Shown here piece after piece: positions 14,501-34,039 of a DNA stretch of 64,000 bases (position 1 is its first letter; each line of letters begins with the position of its first letter). Origin of the DNA: Phoronis australis (lineage: Eukaryota > Animalia > Phoronida); contig NMRA01000750.1 of assembly GCA_002633005.1 (NCBI GenBank), positions 62,001-126,000 of the forward strand, read 5' to 3'. The notes under the pieces were generated by a model. It saw nothing but the letters and a program-made list of their open reading frames with translations. It made no database searches and was not told the DNA's origin. The translations under genes and the position numbers were made by a program.

Positions 14501-17500
14501 ACGTGCCAAGTTCAAAGAAGAGGGTTCGCCTGCAACATTTTCGCGTAACAGCTCGTTGAGTTCTCTCAGCATCATTAGCATGGAGTCCATGAGCTATGAT
14601 CCCAGTCCTACAGAACAGGCTCTCTTAGATCAGTGCATCAGTTCAGCCATGCCTAGAAAGATGATCACACCAAAACCAGCCAAGAGCCAGCTAAGAAAGT
14701 CTGCATCGTCAGAAAGAAACAGAAGTTCTCTCCTGCCAAAACCGCAGTCACCGCTGGCTGGCCAAGTGGTGGTGAAAACAGAGCCAAAAGATTCTCTTCA
14801 AAGCAGAAGCAGTTCAGCTGAAAGTGCGAGCCCAAAGCGATTATTGAACGGTGTCGGAAAGAAGAGCCCTAGTCAGCTAGCAAAAAAGGGACTAACAGTC
14901 AAAACGGAGCGGGTTTGCAACAGTCCATCCGCAACTTCCTGTGTTGTTGCACCCGCTCCAAGTGTTGCACCTGACAACCAGGCATGTCCTGGTGCTAATA
15001 GCGACTCGAGCCAGATGGCGATGTGGCGTCGAACACCGCACAAATCATTTGACGAGACCAAGCCAAAAAACGATGAGGGGATGGGCCGGTTCGGGTGGAG
15101 ACGGGCCTATTCCCAAGACAGTGACGCTTTTGTGAAGCAGCGTAAAGATTCCACCAACAACGCCAAGGTCCTGGAGAAGCTAGCAAGTCCGGAAGATAAA
15201 CTTGAGTGGAGGAAAACATACACAGTACCCAAAGATGAAGCTTTCTTATCCAAAAACGATTTGACAGATAGGCCCAGTTCGTGTGCAGCTGACAATCGTC
15301 AGTTACGTGATCTACCCCACAGTCCTGAAACTCGGGAGAAAGGAGTGGTGGAAACCGACCGAGAGAAACCTCCGAGTCCAGAGGAAGAAGGAACCAGTGT
15401 TGTGAACACCATCGAGGATGGCTCCCGCTCAGAAACATCTGAAATGTCCACTGATGCTGAAAGCTTGCTAACTGTTCATGAAATGGTACCCCGAATTGTG
15501 GACGATTTTGAGTTGATTGAGAGTGACAGTGAAGTGGGTGACATTATGCAGGAGACGATGCCAGTACTATCTGGCTTTACTAGCATGGAGACGTCAGTGG
15601 CATCATCTCTGAGCAGGTCCATGCACTCCATGACAAAATCTGGAGAGCTTCTTGAGCAGTCAGAGAAGGTAGATTGCATAGAACTAGATAACGGCCCAAA
15701 AAACCCTGTGAAACAACAAGAAGGCGGTGAAGAACTTGACCTGGACATGTCTCTGGAGGAAGTCCAGGCTTTGGAAGAGGCAGCAAACATGGTGGTCAGG
15801 TCAATAAAACGGGACATGTCCAACTGTACACTAGATGAGGACTTGTTTATTGACAATGAGACATTGTCTCTTGTGTCGACGGAGTACGCATCGGACTCGT
15901 GTTCTGAAGTGTCCCTGACTTTGTCAACGAGCTCCAAAGCTTCAGAGCACCAGAGTGAAGTTTCTTGTACCTCGAATTCTGCTCGACGCGGACCACGTAT
16001 CCTGAAACCTGGTGAAAAGACAACCTCAGAAGTTAGGAACCAGGAGGAAACTGCAAAAGGCATCAGAGGTAAAAGGAAAGCACTTTACTCCTCCCGACCA
16101 GCCAACAAACCTGTAGTCGGCAAACCCAAAGACACGCCTACAAAAGAGACACTGGCAAAGGCAAGTCCTAGAGTTGCGAAAGCTAGAGCACCTGCTCAGA
16201 AGACTGCTTCACCTTCACCCACGGCTGCCAGTAAGAAACCAGCTGTTAAGCCAGTGTCTGCCACTGCTGTCGTCAATCCACTGAAAACTCCACCCAAAGC
16301 TGCTGCCAAACCGGCAGTTAAGAAACAAACGGAAGTGAAGAGTGTTGAAAAGAAACAGCCGCCACCATTAGGGTCAAGGTCAAATACAGTCATTCGCAGA
16401 AGTCCAACGGAGAAACCAGTCGTGCAGCCAAAGCCTCCCACTAAACAGGGGACTTTTGTGAAGGATGCGCCAACCAGTGACAATGCTCCAACAATTGATC
16501 TTGATTTGAACGGAAATAGGGCATCCCAAAGTACTACCAAGGACCAATCCAAGGCAACAGGAAAGTTTAGTGCATCATGTAGTGCATCCAAGAGCTCAGT
16601 GGAGCAAAGGCAAGATGCTTCAAAAACATGGACAAAGGCTCTAAGTAGATACAGTTTTGTTGTGGACACTTCTTCTGAGGATAGTGCGAAGCTGGACCAA
16701 AGAGGGCAGCAGCAAAAGTCCGCCTCGCAGATTGGCAGCACGGGAGCAAGGCGCCCAGGCAGTGGATCCCCCAGATCCCTCTCTGCAGCTGGTTCCAAGC
16801 AGGGTTCTAATAGCTCTCTTAGCAAAGCAGGTAGCAAATCGAACCTGAGCAAGACTGCTAGCGGCAGTTCACTGAACAAATGTGCCAGTAAGACACCACT
16901 GTCGAAGGTGGGCAGTGCTGGTAACCTGAAGAAGACTGGAAGCAGAAGTAGTCTGAAGCAGTCCGACAGCAATGCAAGTTTGAAGAAAAGTGGTAGTCGC
17001 TCGTCGACACCAAGTGGGCGTGACACGCCTCCTGGGGAAGGACGGCGGTCTTCAGCAGAGGGTACGCCCACTAAGAAAACGTCAACAGCTGGACTCGTTG
17101 GCAAGAAGCAAGTCGGTAGTAAAATTGCTGGTTTGTGGAAGAAGGATGACAGCGGTTCAAATGCATCGATTAAAACTTCGCCTCAGGGGGCCAGCAAGAA
17201 AGGTCCTGGCTCGCCCAGTACACCGCGAAGGTCGTCCACATCCAGCACCGTGGGCAAAACACCAAGGAACAGTTCACCATCTACTCGACCGCCGCCTGTT
17301 CCACCTGTACGGAAGAGTTCTCTGTCATCAAATTCAAGCTCCAGTAGTGTCGGCGGATCTGGGAGGAGTAAATCTCCACCTGGCGCAGATAAAAATGGAC
17401 AAAACTCCAAGCCTGAGAGCCTATCCAGGGGAAGGACGTTTGACAAGATCTCGCGTCCAGCTACTCTCACCAAAACTAACTCGCCTAATAAAAGTACTGG

Positions 17501-18155
17501 AAACTCATGGAGGAAAGAGAAACCAAGTGCTTCTGTAAAGAATCAGACGAAAGCTCAGTCTGATGTGTGGATGAAACAGGACTCGTCCTCGGATTCGCTG
17601 TCAAAAACTGCCAATTCAACATCCGTTGCTAGCACAGGCTCTGAGTCGTCATTGAGCACCAAGTCATTGGAAGGTGCCAGTAACAAACCAATTGAGAAAG
17701 TTGACGTGAAAACTGCGGAAAGCCACTCTTCAACTGGTAAACCACATTTGGGCAAAACACCTCCTGTGGTTAAAACGAAACCCAAACCAAGTGCCATTCC
17801 TAACGGACAGGTATCTAATGAAAATAATTCATGCAATCCACCTAAAACTGTGCGGAGCCCACCCTTAAGTCCTACTCATCAATCACGGAAAGTCCAATCG
17901 ACAGATAATCGTAGTACATCTGAACCATTGTCGGCCATTGTACAGCCATTCAACTACAATCCCAACCAAGGCAAAACACCAGATGTTGCTTTGAAGAATG
18001 CTGTCAACGCTGGTACGCAGCTTGAGTCGCCTAAACCAATGACAAAAACAGAAATGCTGCTTGCCCGCCGTAAACAAGCTTCTAAGAAAACGGATGAACT
18101 ACCAGGCGATGATGAGGAAGCTAAAAAAGCTGGTTGCTTAGTAACCACTGTGTAG
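2506..18155 (+). CDS. APC: Adenomatous polyposis coli protein (APC), 5'-partial; 8 exons in window, about 3115 aa
   Basis: Phase-compatible GT-AG exons: 2506-2590 (least certain), 5789-5928, 6442-6559, 7031-7306, 7776-7877, 8512-12414, 12901-13106, 13638-18155. Translation has LGTK|VEMVYSLLSMLGTHDKDDMSRTLLAMSSSQDSC, armadillo repeats (LRNLSWRAD, LWNLSAHC, LTIVSNACGTLWNLSAR), 15-aa repeats (QPLNYSLKY), 20-aa repeats (EGTPxxFSxxxSLSxL), three SAMP-type repeats, a Ser/Lys-rich basic region and a C-terminal PDZ-binding CLVTTV. Confidence 0.97.
4760..4986 (+). mobile_element. hAT-like MITE (family 1, copy 1) with 6-bp TSD
   Basis: TIRs CAGGGCATGGAAT / ATTCCAAGCCCTG, flanked by GATTTT on both sides; homologous copies at 42492-42710 and 53504-53754. 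Confidence 0.75.
5031..5395 (+). mobile_element. 5'-truncated non-LTR retrotransposon 3' end (CCHC knuckle) with TSD
   Basis: Reading frame SPVCPECGTDVESPKHLVESCP ends at 5279; T12 tail; direct repeat CCATGTTTC at 5022-5030 and 5396-5404; related fragment at about 22075-22170 on the minus strand. Confidence 0.7.
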
Positions 18156-19237
18156 TGCTGTTATGGTTCATTTGTAAACTGTGGTCTTTCGTGTAGATAT
18201 TATACACTTGCTTCGTAGTGTTCAAAATCTTTTTGAAGGGAGCAGTATTATTGCTTATGTATTTTTTTGTGAATGTTTAACATTCTGTTTTCTTGTGTTA
18301 GTTTTTTGGTCAGCGCCAAAACTGAATGTAGACTTGCTCGTATGTTTGTGTAATGTCACGCATTGATTTTTGTATTCACGTTTATATCAAGTGCAATTCT
18401 ATCTGGTCACAGAATGATCTTAATGTGCTTCTAGTCGTTCCATTATTGGACTAGTCTTTGGTACTTAACAGTGATTATTCTGTGAAGTTAGTGAACTTCT
18501 ACACCTCTTGTTGTTGTGTAAATGGCATTGATTTTTAGTCATTAAGCGCATTAGGAGTTAGTGGTAGAGGTATATTTTCCTTATGGAGAAGTCAGGGCGT
18601 TCATTGTTAGTTGTAACTATCGGTTACAGGTGGCGTGATAAGGCTGGAACGTAATCGCAAAACAAAATTGGGTGCAGTGCATAGTGTACCCAAATTAGTC
18701 TGTGTTGATAGTTTGTAAATATTTCGTCTTTGCATAAGCAAGCCATTACTTGGTGCTTCTTGTATATAGATGTGTTGCTGTTTATACTAATCAATGCAAG
18801 AGACAAAAGGAAACCGAGATTGCCAAATTGTGTTCGCAACTCCCAGTCACATGTTGTGTGGTCATTTCAAGTTTTGTCGTGGATATGCTCATAAATGATA
18901 GTCTTTGAACACTATCAATGTTCGTTTCCCTACAAAGTTCTGCTACGTGTTACGATGGCTTTTGAGATTGATGTTGATAACGTTTCGGTCGATGTCGAGT
19001 GATTGTAAATTTATCGTCTCATGAATGAAAACGTGTCAAGAGTGGTACATTTTGTATTCGTGTATAGTTAGTAATCATTGAGACACAATACGCTAAGATG
19101 AAACTAGAGACATTCGTTCTATGTCTTAACTTATTATTTATTTATATTTTTGTAAAGTTTACAAGTTTTACAATAATGACCTTGATCGGAAATGATGGAA
19201 ACTTAAAACGAGGGAAAGTGTCTCAACCATAATGTGT

Positions 19238-19243
19238 AATAAA
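19238..19243 (+). promoter_or_regulatory. Candidate APC polyadenylation signal AATAAA
   Basis: AATAAA about 1.08 kb after the APC stop, at the end of a GT/T-rich UTR-like stretch and followed by a T-rich downstream tract. Confidence 0.45.
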
Positions 19244-19775
19244 CTTTACAGTTAACTCTAAGTCTCGACTTTTCTTTCATTGTCTAGTGGAAAAATTTAA
19301 TTGGTTTTCAGTGAAAGTTCTACATTGCACAAGTTGCACAGAGCATAACTCAGAAAATCAAGAATAAGAATCAATTTGATACATTGAGTGCAGAAAGACA
19401 CCCTTGGGAATGAACCTATCGCCAAACTTGGCAGCTCCACCTTTAGAATTGAAGTTCGCGAAGAGTTTCAAGATATTTATGATACAAATGTTCTTCAGAC
19501 TGGTGCTATGTCTATAGAGTAGTTTTTACATAAGCACAAATTGCAGGAAGGGCCCTTAGTGGAGGCTGAAATCTTTGGACATCTTGCAATGTCACGCAAC
19601 TAATGTGAGCGACCATGTTTGACATGTAGAGCCATCAATTCTATGCAAGCTACAAGATGAACAAACATGTTCACTCCTCGCAGTTGGTGATGCTTTGGTG
19701 CACAGTTTAATTGATCACATAAGCAATTTAACTTTCACTTGGCGATGGGTCAGTTGAATCTAATTGAATTTGGTC

Positions 19776-20079
19776 ACTGAAAGCAATTGATATCCTCTGT
19801 GTATACTACTTATGGACGCCACACCAAGGAAGTTTGCATTACATTCTAACCTTTTCTTGAAGCAACAGGTTAAAACTGAAAGCAATTGATATCCTCTGTG
19901 TATACTACTTATGGACTCCACACCAAGGAAGTTTGCATTACATTCTAACCTTTTTTTGAAGCAACAGGTTAAAACTGAAAGCAACTGATATCCTCTGTGT
20001 ATACTACTTATGGACGCCACACCAAGGAAGTTTGCATTACATTTTAACCTTTTTTTGAAGCAACAGGTTAAAACTGAAA
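19776..20079. repeat. Tandem repeat, 99-bp unit x3
   Basis: Units start at 19776, 19875 and 19974 (ACTGAAAGCAA[T/C]TGATATCC...CAGGTTAAA) and differ by only a few substitutions. Confidence 0.95.
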
Positions 20080-20339
20080 ATGAGCCACCTACACCTAAGA
20101 GACACTCGTTGCAATATCAGTAAGAATTCCATCAACGACGTCACATTCCAGGAAAATTTTTGGCACAAGTTGCCTGCTTTATCAAGATCTTGGGACAGAC
20201 TAGAATGTAGTGTCAACTAATTTGGAGTGGCGGGACCATTAATATCAAGAAAAACTTAACCAGTAACCTGCAGCATTTTACAGTCCTACTTAATAAGAAA
20301 ACTCCATGTTCTCAACGTTTGCACACTAAACACTCAAAA

Positions 20340-23300
20340 TCAGCGACGGCCTTTCTTGTTTTTCTTTTGACCACCACCTCCAGCCTGAGTGTTCTGTTGA
20401 TTAGCGGCCGACGACTGGGCTTGTATTCTTGACTTAAGTTTTGGTATTGTCTCCCCAATGTAGGTATACACTGAGCGTCCTGAAAAAGGCACAGGGTTTC
20501 TCTTAAAACGACCCACTAGTCGATGGCTAAAATTAACCAACAGTTAATGAAAGAAATGTTCATGTTTTGTTTTAAAGGAGCCACACATCTGCGTCTCCGT
20601 CAGATTTTTAAATTATTACCTTGGTCTCATCTTGTTTGTTTCCCAGATTAGAAATAATTTCGAGGCTTGAGACAACTGAAAGGTCATAACTTCGGACCAG
20701 GCCTGCTAAGTTGCTTACCATGGCATTTAGTTTCAGACGCCACAGATGTCGGGGGTTATTCCAGATGAGATCTAATTGTAATCAATTTCAATTCAAACAA
20801 AGGTCAAGAATACCATTAAATTGCTGTGGAAGAGGATATATATCTGAGAAGGAAGTTGATGTCAACACCAGAACACGGTTTAAAAGTGGATTTACGCCAG
20901 CAGCATTATTTCCACGTTTTCATCACAGTTAACATAATGGGCATAAATTCAAATCTGAACATGTCACAAATCGACTAATAGTAGCGGTACACAATTACAG
21001 ATCATTTGCTATAAGTTTCTACAGTCAAAAAATGGCATACAGGTCACTTGGACGCGACCATATGAAGATGGTAATAAATCAACTGAGAGGTAACACAGTT
21101 TAGAAAGACAGATCAAAGTCTAGGCCATTATACGCACACCATTATAATTTTTTCACAGCAAGACAAAATGCACTTAGTCACAGACCAGAAAACACACACG
21201 CACAAGAATTGATGTCCACGCAAGTATGGGTGCATTTTTCCAGCACATGACTAAATGTAATTTGATATATTGGTCTTCAACAACTGGAAGACTGAAAACA
21301 TTGCATCAAAACGAGGTCATGGCTGCTAAAAGTTCTCACGAAATACACAATACCATTAGGTATGCAAAACCCGTGTCACAGGTATACTCGTTTATGCCAT
21401 GTATCACATGTGTTGTCACAGGGCACAATTCAGAAAGGTTGTTTGTCCCATGGAACATGGGTTTTTGAAAGGTAATTACTGACAGCTAATATTATAAAAT
21501 AACCAATTATATAATATATTGTAATTATTGTATTAGGTCAAAAAGAGTTTAAGACTCGAGAAATCTCGTTTCAAATGCGAATCAATGCACTTATGTTGAT
21601 CTTCAACAACTGAAAAAACACCTGCATCACTACGATGTCAAACTTAAGAAGTAAGCCCCCATGTACCACAAAAGGTCCTTCCGACATAAAAATATGGCAC
21701 GGTCCCGTTTCAACCACTGCACAACAGACGTACTAGGTTCTTAGCAGCATTGCAAATCATCAATCCTACGTGACAAACTAACCACCGCTTCCCAGAAAAT
21801 ACTAATTGTAAACTTTAATACCAATTTCAGACAAAAATAACGGTCATGATCGACTTTTCTCATTTTCCAAAGGACTCTAATGTTGCATGTTGTCGTAGAC
21901 ACACACAATTTTTTCGAAAGATTTTCTGATGACAAATATCACACAGAACGGAACCCGAGAATGGAGAAGACTTACTTTGCTCTGCATCTTTTATGGAAAC
22001 AAACGATAAAATGAAACTTCATAAGTTTGCTACAGTGTGTCTTAAGTTAGTGAGATAATACCAACAACTTGACGTAGGCTCTCCAAACACGTGTTTAGGG
22101 GTTTCAACATCAGTACCACATTCCGGTCACACTGGGCTCCCCATATGCCCAGTAATGTGTCAGTGTTGGGCGCATATGTGTTTACTTACTATCTGGAAAT
22201 TGTGGCAACATTGGTGAACCATCGTTCTTCTTGAGTTGTACTCGTATCCTGCCCCTGAAGCGATTGTCACGGGCATCCTGCTCACGTGGGTGAACTTTGT
22301 TCTGTGTGGACCAAGTTAATTTTTTAATTTTCAACCATAAAATGGAGAGTAACAGTTATACAGTGTAATCACATGACAAACACATCATGGAAACTACAGT
22401 TTGTACCATTTGAAGCCAAAAGAAAGTTTTCACACTTGTTTTTAAGTGTATCAGTTCAGGTGTTTTTTAAAACCAAACTAGGTGGCGCTTGCTACAAATT
22501 CAAATATTCACAGTTCTAATGAGACATAGCATCTTTAAACCTACGAAAAGATTTTTGATTTTACTAACAGTTTCATAATAAAAATACGATAATGCTTAAA
22601 ATTTAATATACAAAGGTGGAATACGAAGTAGACTCTGTATTCCCACCAAAGGAAAAGACATGTATTTCTCACACAACTGGTAAGTACATGTAGGCTGCAT
22701 ACCTCAACTCCTAGCACCATGCCTGCTGCGGCACATACATCTTTGATCTCCGTATAAGATGGATTTTCTACACACTGGAAAATAAATTTGCACAATGAAT
22801 ATTCTCAACTCACTGCATTCATCAGTCCCTCCTACCTTGCTAGAACTGCTATATATCTTTGAAGAAGCAGGCTTTGATATGTCAACAGATTTTTACTAGT
22901 AAGTACTATGGACATCTATTGAGAGATTTAAGGGAACTACAACAAAACAACAATTACCACTATTAAGACGTAGCTAAAGGTTCACATACGCCAAAGTGGC
23001 TATCAGAAACCTCACCTTGTCTTTGCAAATCTTTCTGCCTTGAGCAACAGTTTTCTTACTGTTGATGTAAGCTGGATAAACACATATCCATCTGAAAGTA
23101 AAATATTATTTTCAAGAGTGGGTTAATAGTAAATTTGTGTGCCTGTGCTTTTTGTTTTTCTACAGATTATAGGTTTTCATGAAAAAACACCTCATCTTTG
23201 TACACAACAGTGTGCGTACTTCCTAATCCCTCCGTACAAGGTTGAAACTTTTGAATGCTAACTCAGCCTCAGCTATCAAAGTCACACCCAGTTACATGCA

Positions 23301-24030
23301 TGTACCTGCTGTGCATGTAGAAAGAGAGGTAATTTAGCTTGGTGGTGGTGGATATTTCTATAGCAGAAATTAATGAATTCCGTTCAGTTTATGGTTATGA
23401 CAAATAATAAGCAAAGCTAACTCATTTTTAACACTGCTCGCGGCAGGTAGAATGACGTCATATCGCCGGGGAGTTACCGATTTTGGGAACTGAACGAGAG
23501 ACTGCTCGAAGAAAAAGTTTGATAACGGGAGTATTTGTTCGAGTTGGAAGGTATTAAATATATCAACGGCCTCCTAACCTAAGGCTAACGTGTCCCTCTA
23601 TGACTCTATGGCATGCACAAAAGGTATTTACACATATAAGAACGTGACATTGATGTTTCAGTCAGTGCGAGGCATAACTCGCTGAAAAGCTTGCAGCATA
23701 TGAAGTGACTATAGGCGCTCCACTGTCTCAACTGGCGGTCCCAGCTATAGTCTATGGTACCAGTAGAGACAGTAGTCACTGTCCAATGAAGTAGAGGAAG
23801 AGTACGACGCAACTTCACAACACAAGTCGGACAAAACCCGCATCAGCGACATCTGGTTAGTCAAATTTCCCAAAAGCAACTGAGAAGATGAATTGTTTGA
23901 GCTTTCAATGAAATAATAGTTCAGTGTGAATTTCCAAAATGATTCTTATCCACACAATACAGGACACGGCAAGTTCTGTATACCTTTCTCTGTCTTCGTG
24001 TGTAAAATTCGGGTTCCACGATCTGGCCAT
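20340..24030 (-). CDS. SRP19: Signal recognition particle 19 kDa protein, 5 exons, 148 aa
   Basis: Exons (minus) 24030-23984, 23091-23016, 22774-22703, 22301-22190, 20479-20340, all phases compatible. Translation MARSWNPNFTHEDRERWICVYPAYINSKKTVAQGRKICKDKCVENPSYTEIKDVC...NKVHPREQD...RGRIRVQLK...FPDRRSVYTYIGETIPKLKSR...KKNKKGRR matches the SRP19 signature. Confidence 0.96.
22075..22170 (-). mobile_element. Fragment of the same LINE 3' end as 5031-5395, in the last SRP19 intron
   Basis: Reverse complement contains GACACATTACTGGGCATATGGGGAGCCC.GTGTG..C.GA.TGTGGTACTGA, matching about 5047-5100. Confidence 0.75.
23425..23760. mobile_element. Arm of foldback-type element (family 2) in SRP19 intron 1
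   Basis: TTGGGAACTGAACGAG.GACTGCTC...TTTGATAAC...AGTATTTGTTC.AGTTGGAA...GTCAGTGCGAGGCATAA matches 47095-47290. Confidence 0.75.
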
Positions 24031-31174
<7,144 letters not shown>

Positions 31175-31956
31175 AGACTGAATCACTCATTGAAATTGTG
31201 TGGAAAGGTGGATGTCGCTAATATTAAGTGTTACACAGCGCTAGACTCAGCTCAGATGTTGAAGACGATGCCACTGTGACTTAAAACCTCTTGTTGATGA
31301 TATTGCGAATTGTTTGTAAGTGCAGGATTCACTGTTTAGGGATTTGTTAAACCTTTGTGTCTATATGACACCATGATAACTGAAGATTGCTATCTTCCAA
31401 AAGCACCATAGGGCTATAACTGGAAAATTCACAAGGTCTGATAAACCTTTTTGGGTTTCCAACTACCTAGCATGAGGATGTCATTTGAAGCATGGCAATA
31501 ATATCCAACGTGCTGCAGATGTGCACACGGTCTATTGCTGGCACAGAATAGGGCCGTTCCGGATTACACGGTGATAGAACTCTACTTTGTCCCTGAGATT
31601 AGAAAGGGAATGACCTGGTTTTGGAAATCGGGCACATTTTCGTGTATCTCATTGATGTCGGCAAGGCGAAGAATTTCAGATCACGCATCCATGGGTATTT
31701 GTCCAATTTATCAAACATTCTCACATCAGAGTTGCAGCCCACAGCACAGCAGTAATACTTTATTGGAAGGACGAACAGACCAAGAAAAACTTGTAAAGAT
31801 TAGAATCAGACAACTACAAATAACGTGTGAAACCAGTGGCGTGACAACAAGGCCGCAAATGTGCCTGACAGATATTTATGGCATTGTGGGTAAATACAGC
31901 GAGATTCGAGTGTCGCTGTGTAATCCGGGGCAGCCCCATTAGGTCTGAATTAAGAT

Positions 31957-32042
31957 GTTCACTGTGTTCCTCTAGTGTTGTTACAAGTAGTGTGACTGGT
32001 TCACTGTGTTCCTCTAGTGTTGTTACAAGTAATGCCACTGGT
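31957..32042. repeat. 42-bp tandem duplication downstream of the MNAT1 stop (probable 3' UTR)
   Basis: GTTCACTGTGTTCCTCTAGTGTTGTTACAAGTA at 31957 and 31999. Confidence 0.9.
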
Positions 32043-33399
32043 CGTTGCGTTTGGTAATTTACCAAAGTATGCGTCTGTTACCACAACTTGAAGGTGGCAT
32101 TTGTGCTTTCTAATTAACGCAAACACGAGCTCTTGTATTTCCACTGGGTCAAATGGAAAAACGAGTACCTGTGTTTCACCTCGTGCTCTTAAGAATAACC
32201 TAGTTTAGAAATTTAAGAGACTTAAATTTGGAAGACCGGCATTTCAGACAGTTATTATGTATTACAAATACACTTCACAAAAAGTGGCTGTTCTTCTAAG
32301 GATGCCCACCTGTTGAATTACTATTTAAACAAATATGACAATTTACTATGCAGATTCTTAGAGGATCACTTCTTTCATACAATTCCTTCATGTTAGTACA
32401 TTTTTCTCCCAGACTTCATTTGTTTCCATTAAGACGTTTTGGTGACAACACTAATTAAAGTTGCTAAATCCTTGTTTTTTACCTTTTTTATTGGTCTGCA
32501 TCGTTTGGAGTGACATTAGATTAGGTTATACAAGTTTTCACAAAGTTTATATTTTTTCAACAAGTCATAATGTTGAGGTCATTGGTGTTTGACTTTTCTG
32601 GGGATAGGGGTTATATTTTTCCGTGATTAGTGTTAGAGAATGGAAGGACATGCGACCTTGGTAACTTTTTGTACCGGGATCAAAGATCATGATCCATTTC
32701 CGTCGTTGAGTAAGGCACAAAAATTCCATTAATTTTGACCATATGGTACACCAGATTCCTATCCAGCAATTTTAATGTAAAGCGCAGTATGCAATAATAC
32801 CCGGCTTGTTTTTTTACTGTTACATTGTGTTGTGGCATTTTCTGTATTTTGATAATCTTTTGTAATAGTTGGGTTTTTCTTACCGTGTGATGTAAAATTA
32901 TCAAGTGGTGTGGAATGAACTGCGACTTGTTTATTACTGTACTGTGTTTGGTGCTAAATAAAGCATACTGTCCATGTATTCGCCTTGAGTTACAAGTCAA
33001 GGTTAGACCTTAAAAAAAGATTAGAAATCACTTTATATGTGTGTATGCATTGAATTAAACTGTGGAAAACGACAATGAATATCGTTTGCAAAGTTTATTA
33101 TGTTAATGAAACGGGTGTGCCTATTTTGTACAGGGAACCTAGAGCCACAGATATTATGAGTCATTATTTTCCATAAATGCTACATTTATGTAAAACGTGC
33201 ATTTGTTTGCAATGGGTCTAGGTCAACAGTCCAAAGGGCTATTGGTCTGAAAGGTCAATAGTCGGAAAAAGAAATTCTTTGTAATATTAGCCCTTTAGAT
33301 TAAAAAGCTGCAGTTTATCTTTCTATTATTTTAAAAGCACACTGAACCAGGTTTTGGCCTTTGAACAGGTACTAAAAAATCACAATAATCAAAATATTG

Positions 33400-33885
33400 C
33401 AGACGTAGTTGCAGGAAATAAGGAAAATTAAATTTCGCAATATGCGGGTGACACATCATTTACTTTGCATGGGTCGAATTTGTCATTGACTAGCACATTG
33501 ACTGTACTACATTTGTTTGCTGGTGTCTTGGGTCTCCAAATGAATGTATATAAAACAAATGCCGTATGGTTTGGAAGTAAAACTGGTAGTGATGACGTGA
33601 TTTCTACAAAACAAAGTCTGTCTTGGGCAGAAAATCGTTTAGATTTTTGAGGACGGATTTTGACACTTAGTTGAATAGTATGACGCATAAGAACTTCACT
33701 GCAAGAGTGACTAACATTAAGTCTTTATTAAAAAGTGGAGTCAACGAAATTTAATACCTTTTGATTGAGTAACTGTAATTCAAATGTTAGCTATTTGTAA
33801 ACTTACTTTTTGTTGTCAAGTTTACCAAATCCATCAGTAAAGGTCATAGATGAATTGAATACGATATGCTTTAGATTTGTATGAC
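33400..33885 (+). mobile_element. Decayed L1/Tx1-clade reverse transcriptase fragment
   Basis: ISQYAGDTSF (YADD-derived), GLQMNVYKTNAVWFG, WSQRNL, LSSLPNPS..VIDELN; stops and frameshifts present. Confidence 0.65.
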
Positions 33886-34039
33886 AGACTTTATTAGACA
33901 CTAATTTTCTATTTAACATTTTGCTATTACTAACCAAACACTATGATTTACAAGGAGAGATGTCACAAAATGTTCCTAATATTCGCAAGTTTGTTATATA
34001 TACTTGTGAGTTACTATAATGCTGAAAAATTAATTACAT

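Noticed and set aside
16196-17104. 302-aa minus-strand ORF and other ORFs overlapping the large APC exons
   Set aside because: Shadow frames of Ser/Lys-rich APC coding sequence; no recognisable domain or splice context.
19760-20020. 86-aa repetitive ORF
   Set aside because: A by-product of the 99-bp tandem unit; no homology recognised.
31535-31942. 135-aa ORF downstream of MNAT1
   Set aside because: Non-ATG start, no recognisable domain; lies in the probable MNAT1 3' UTR (AATAAA at 32957).
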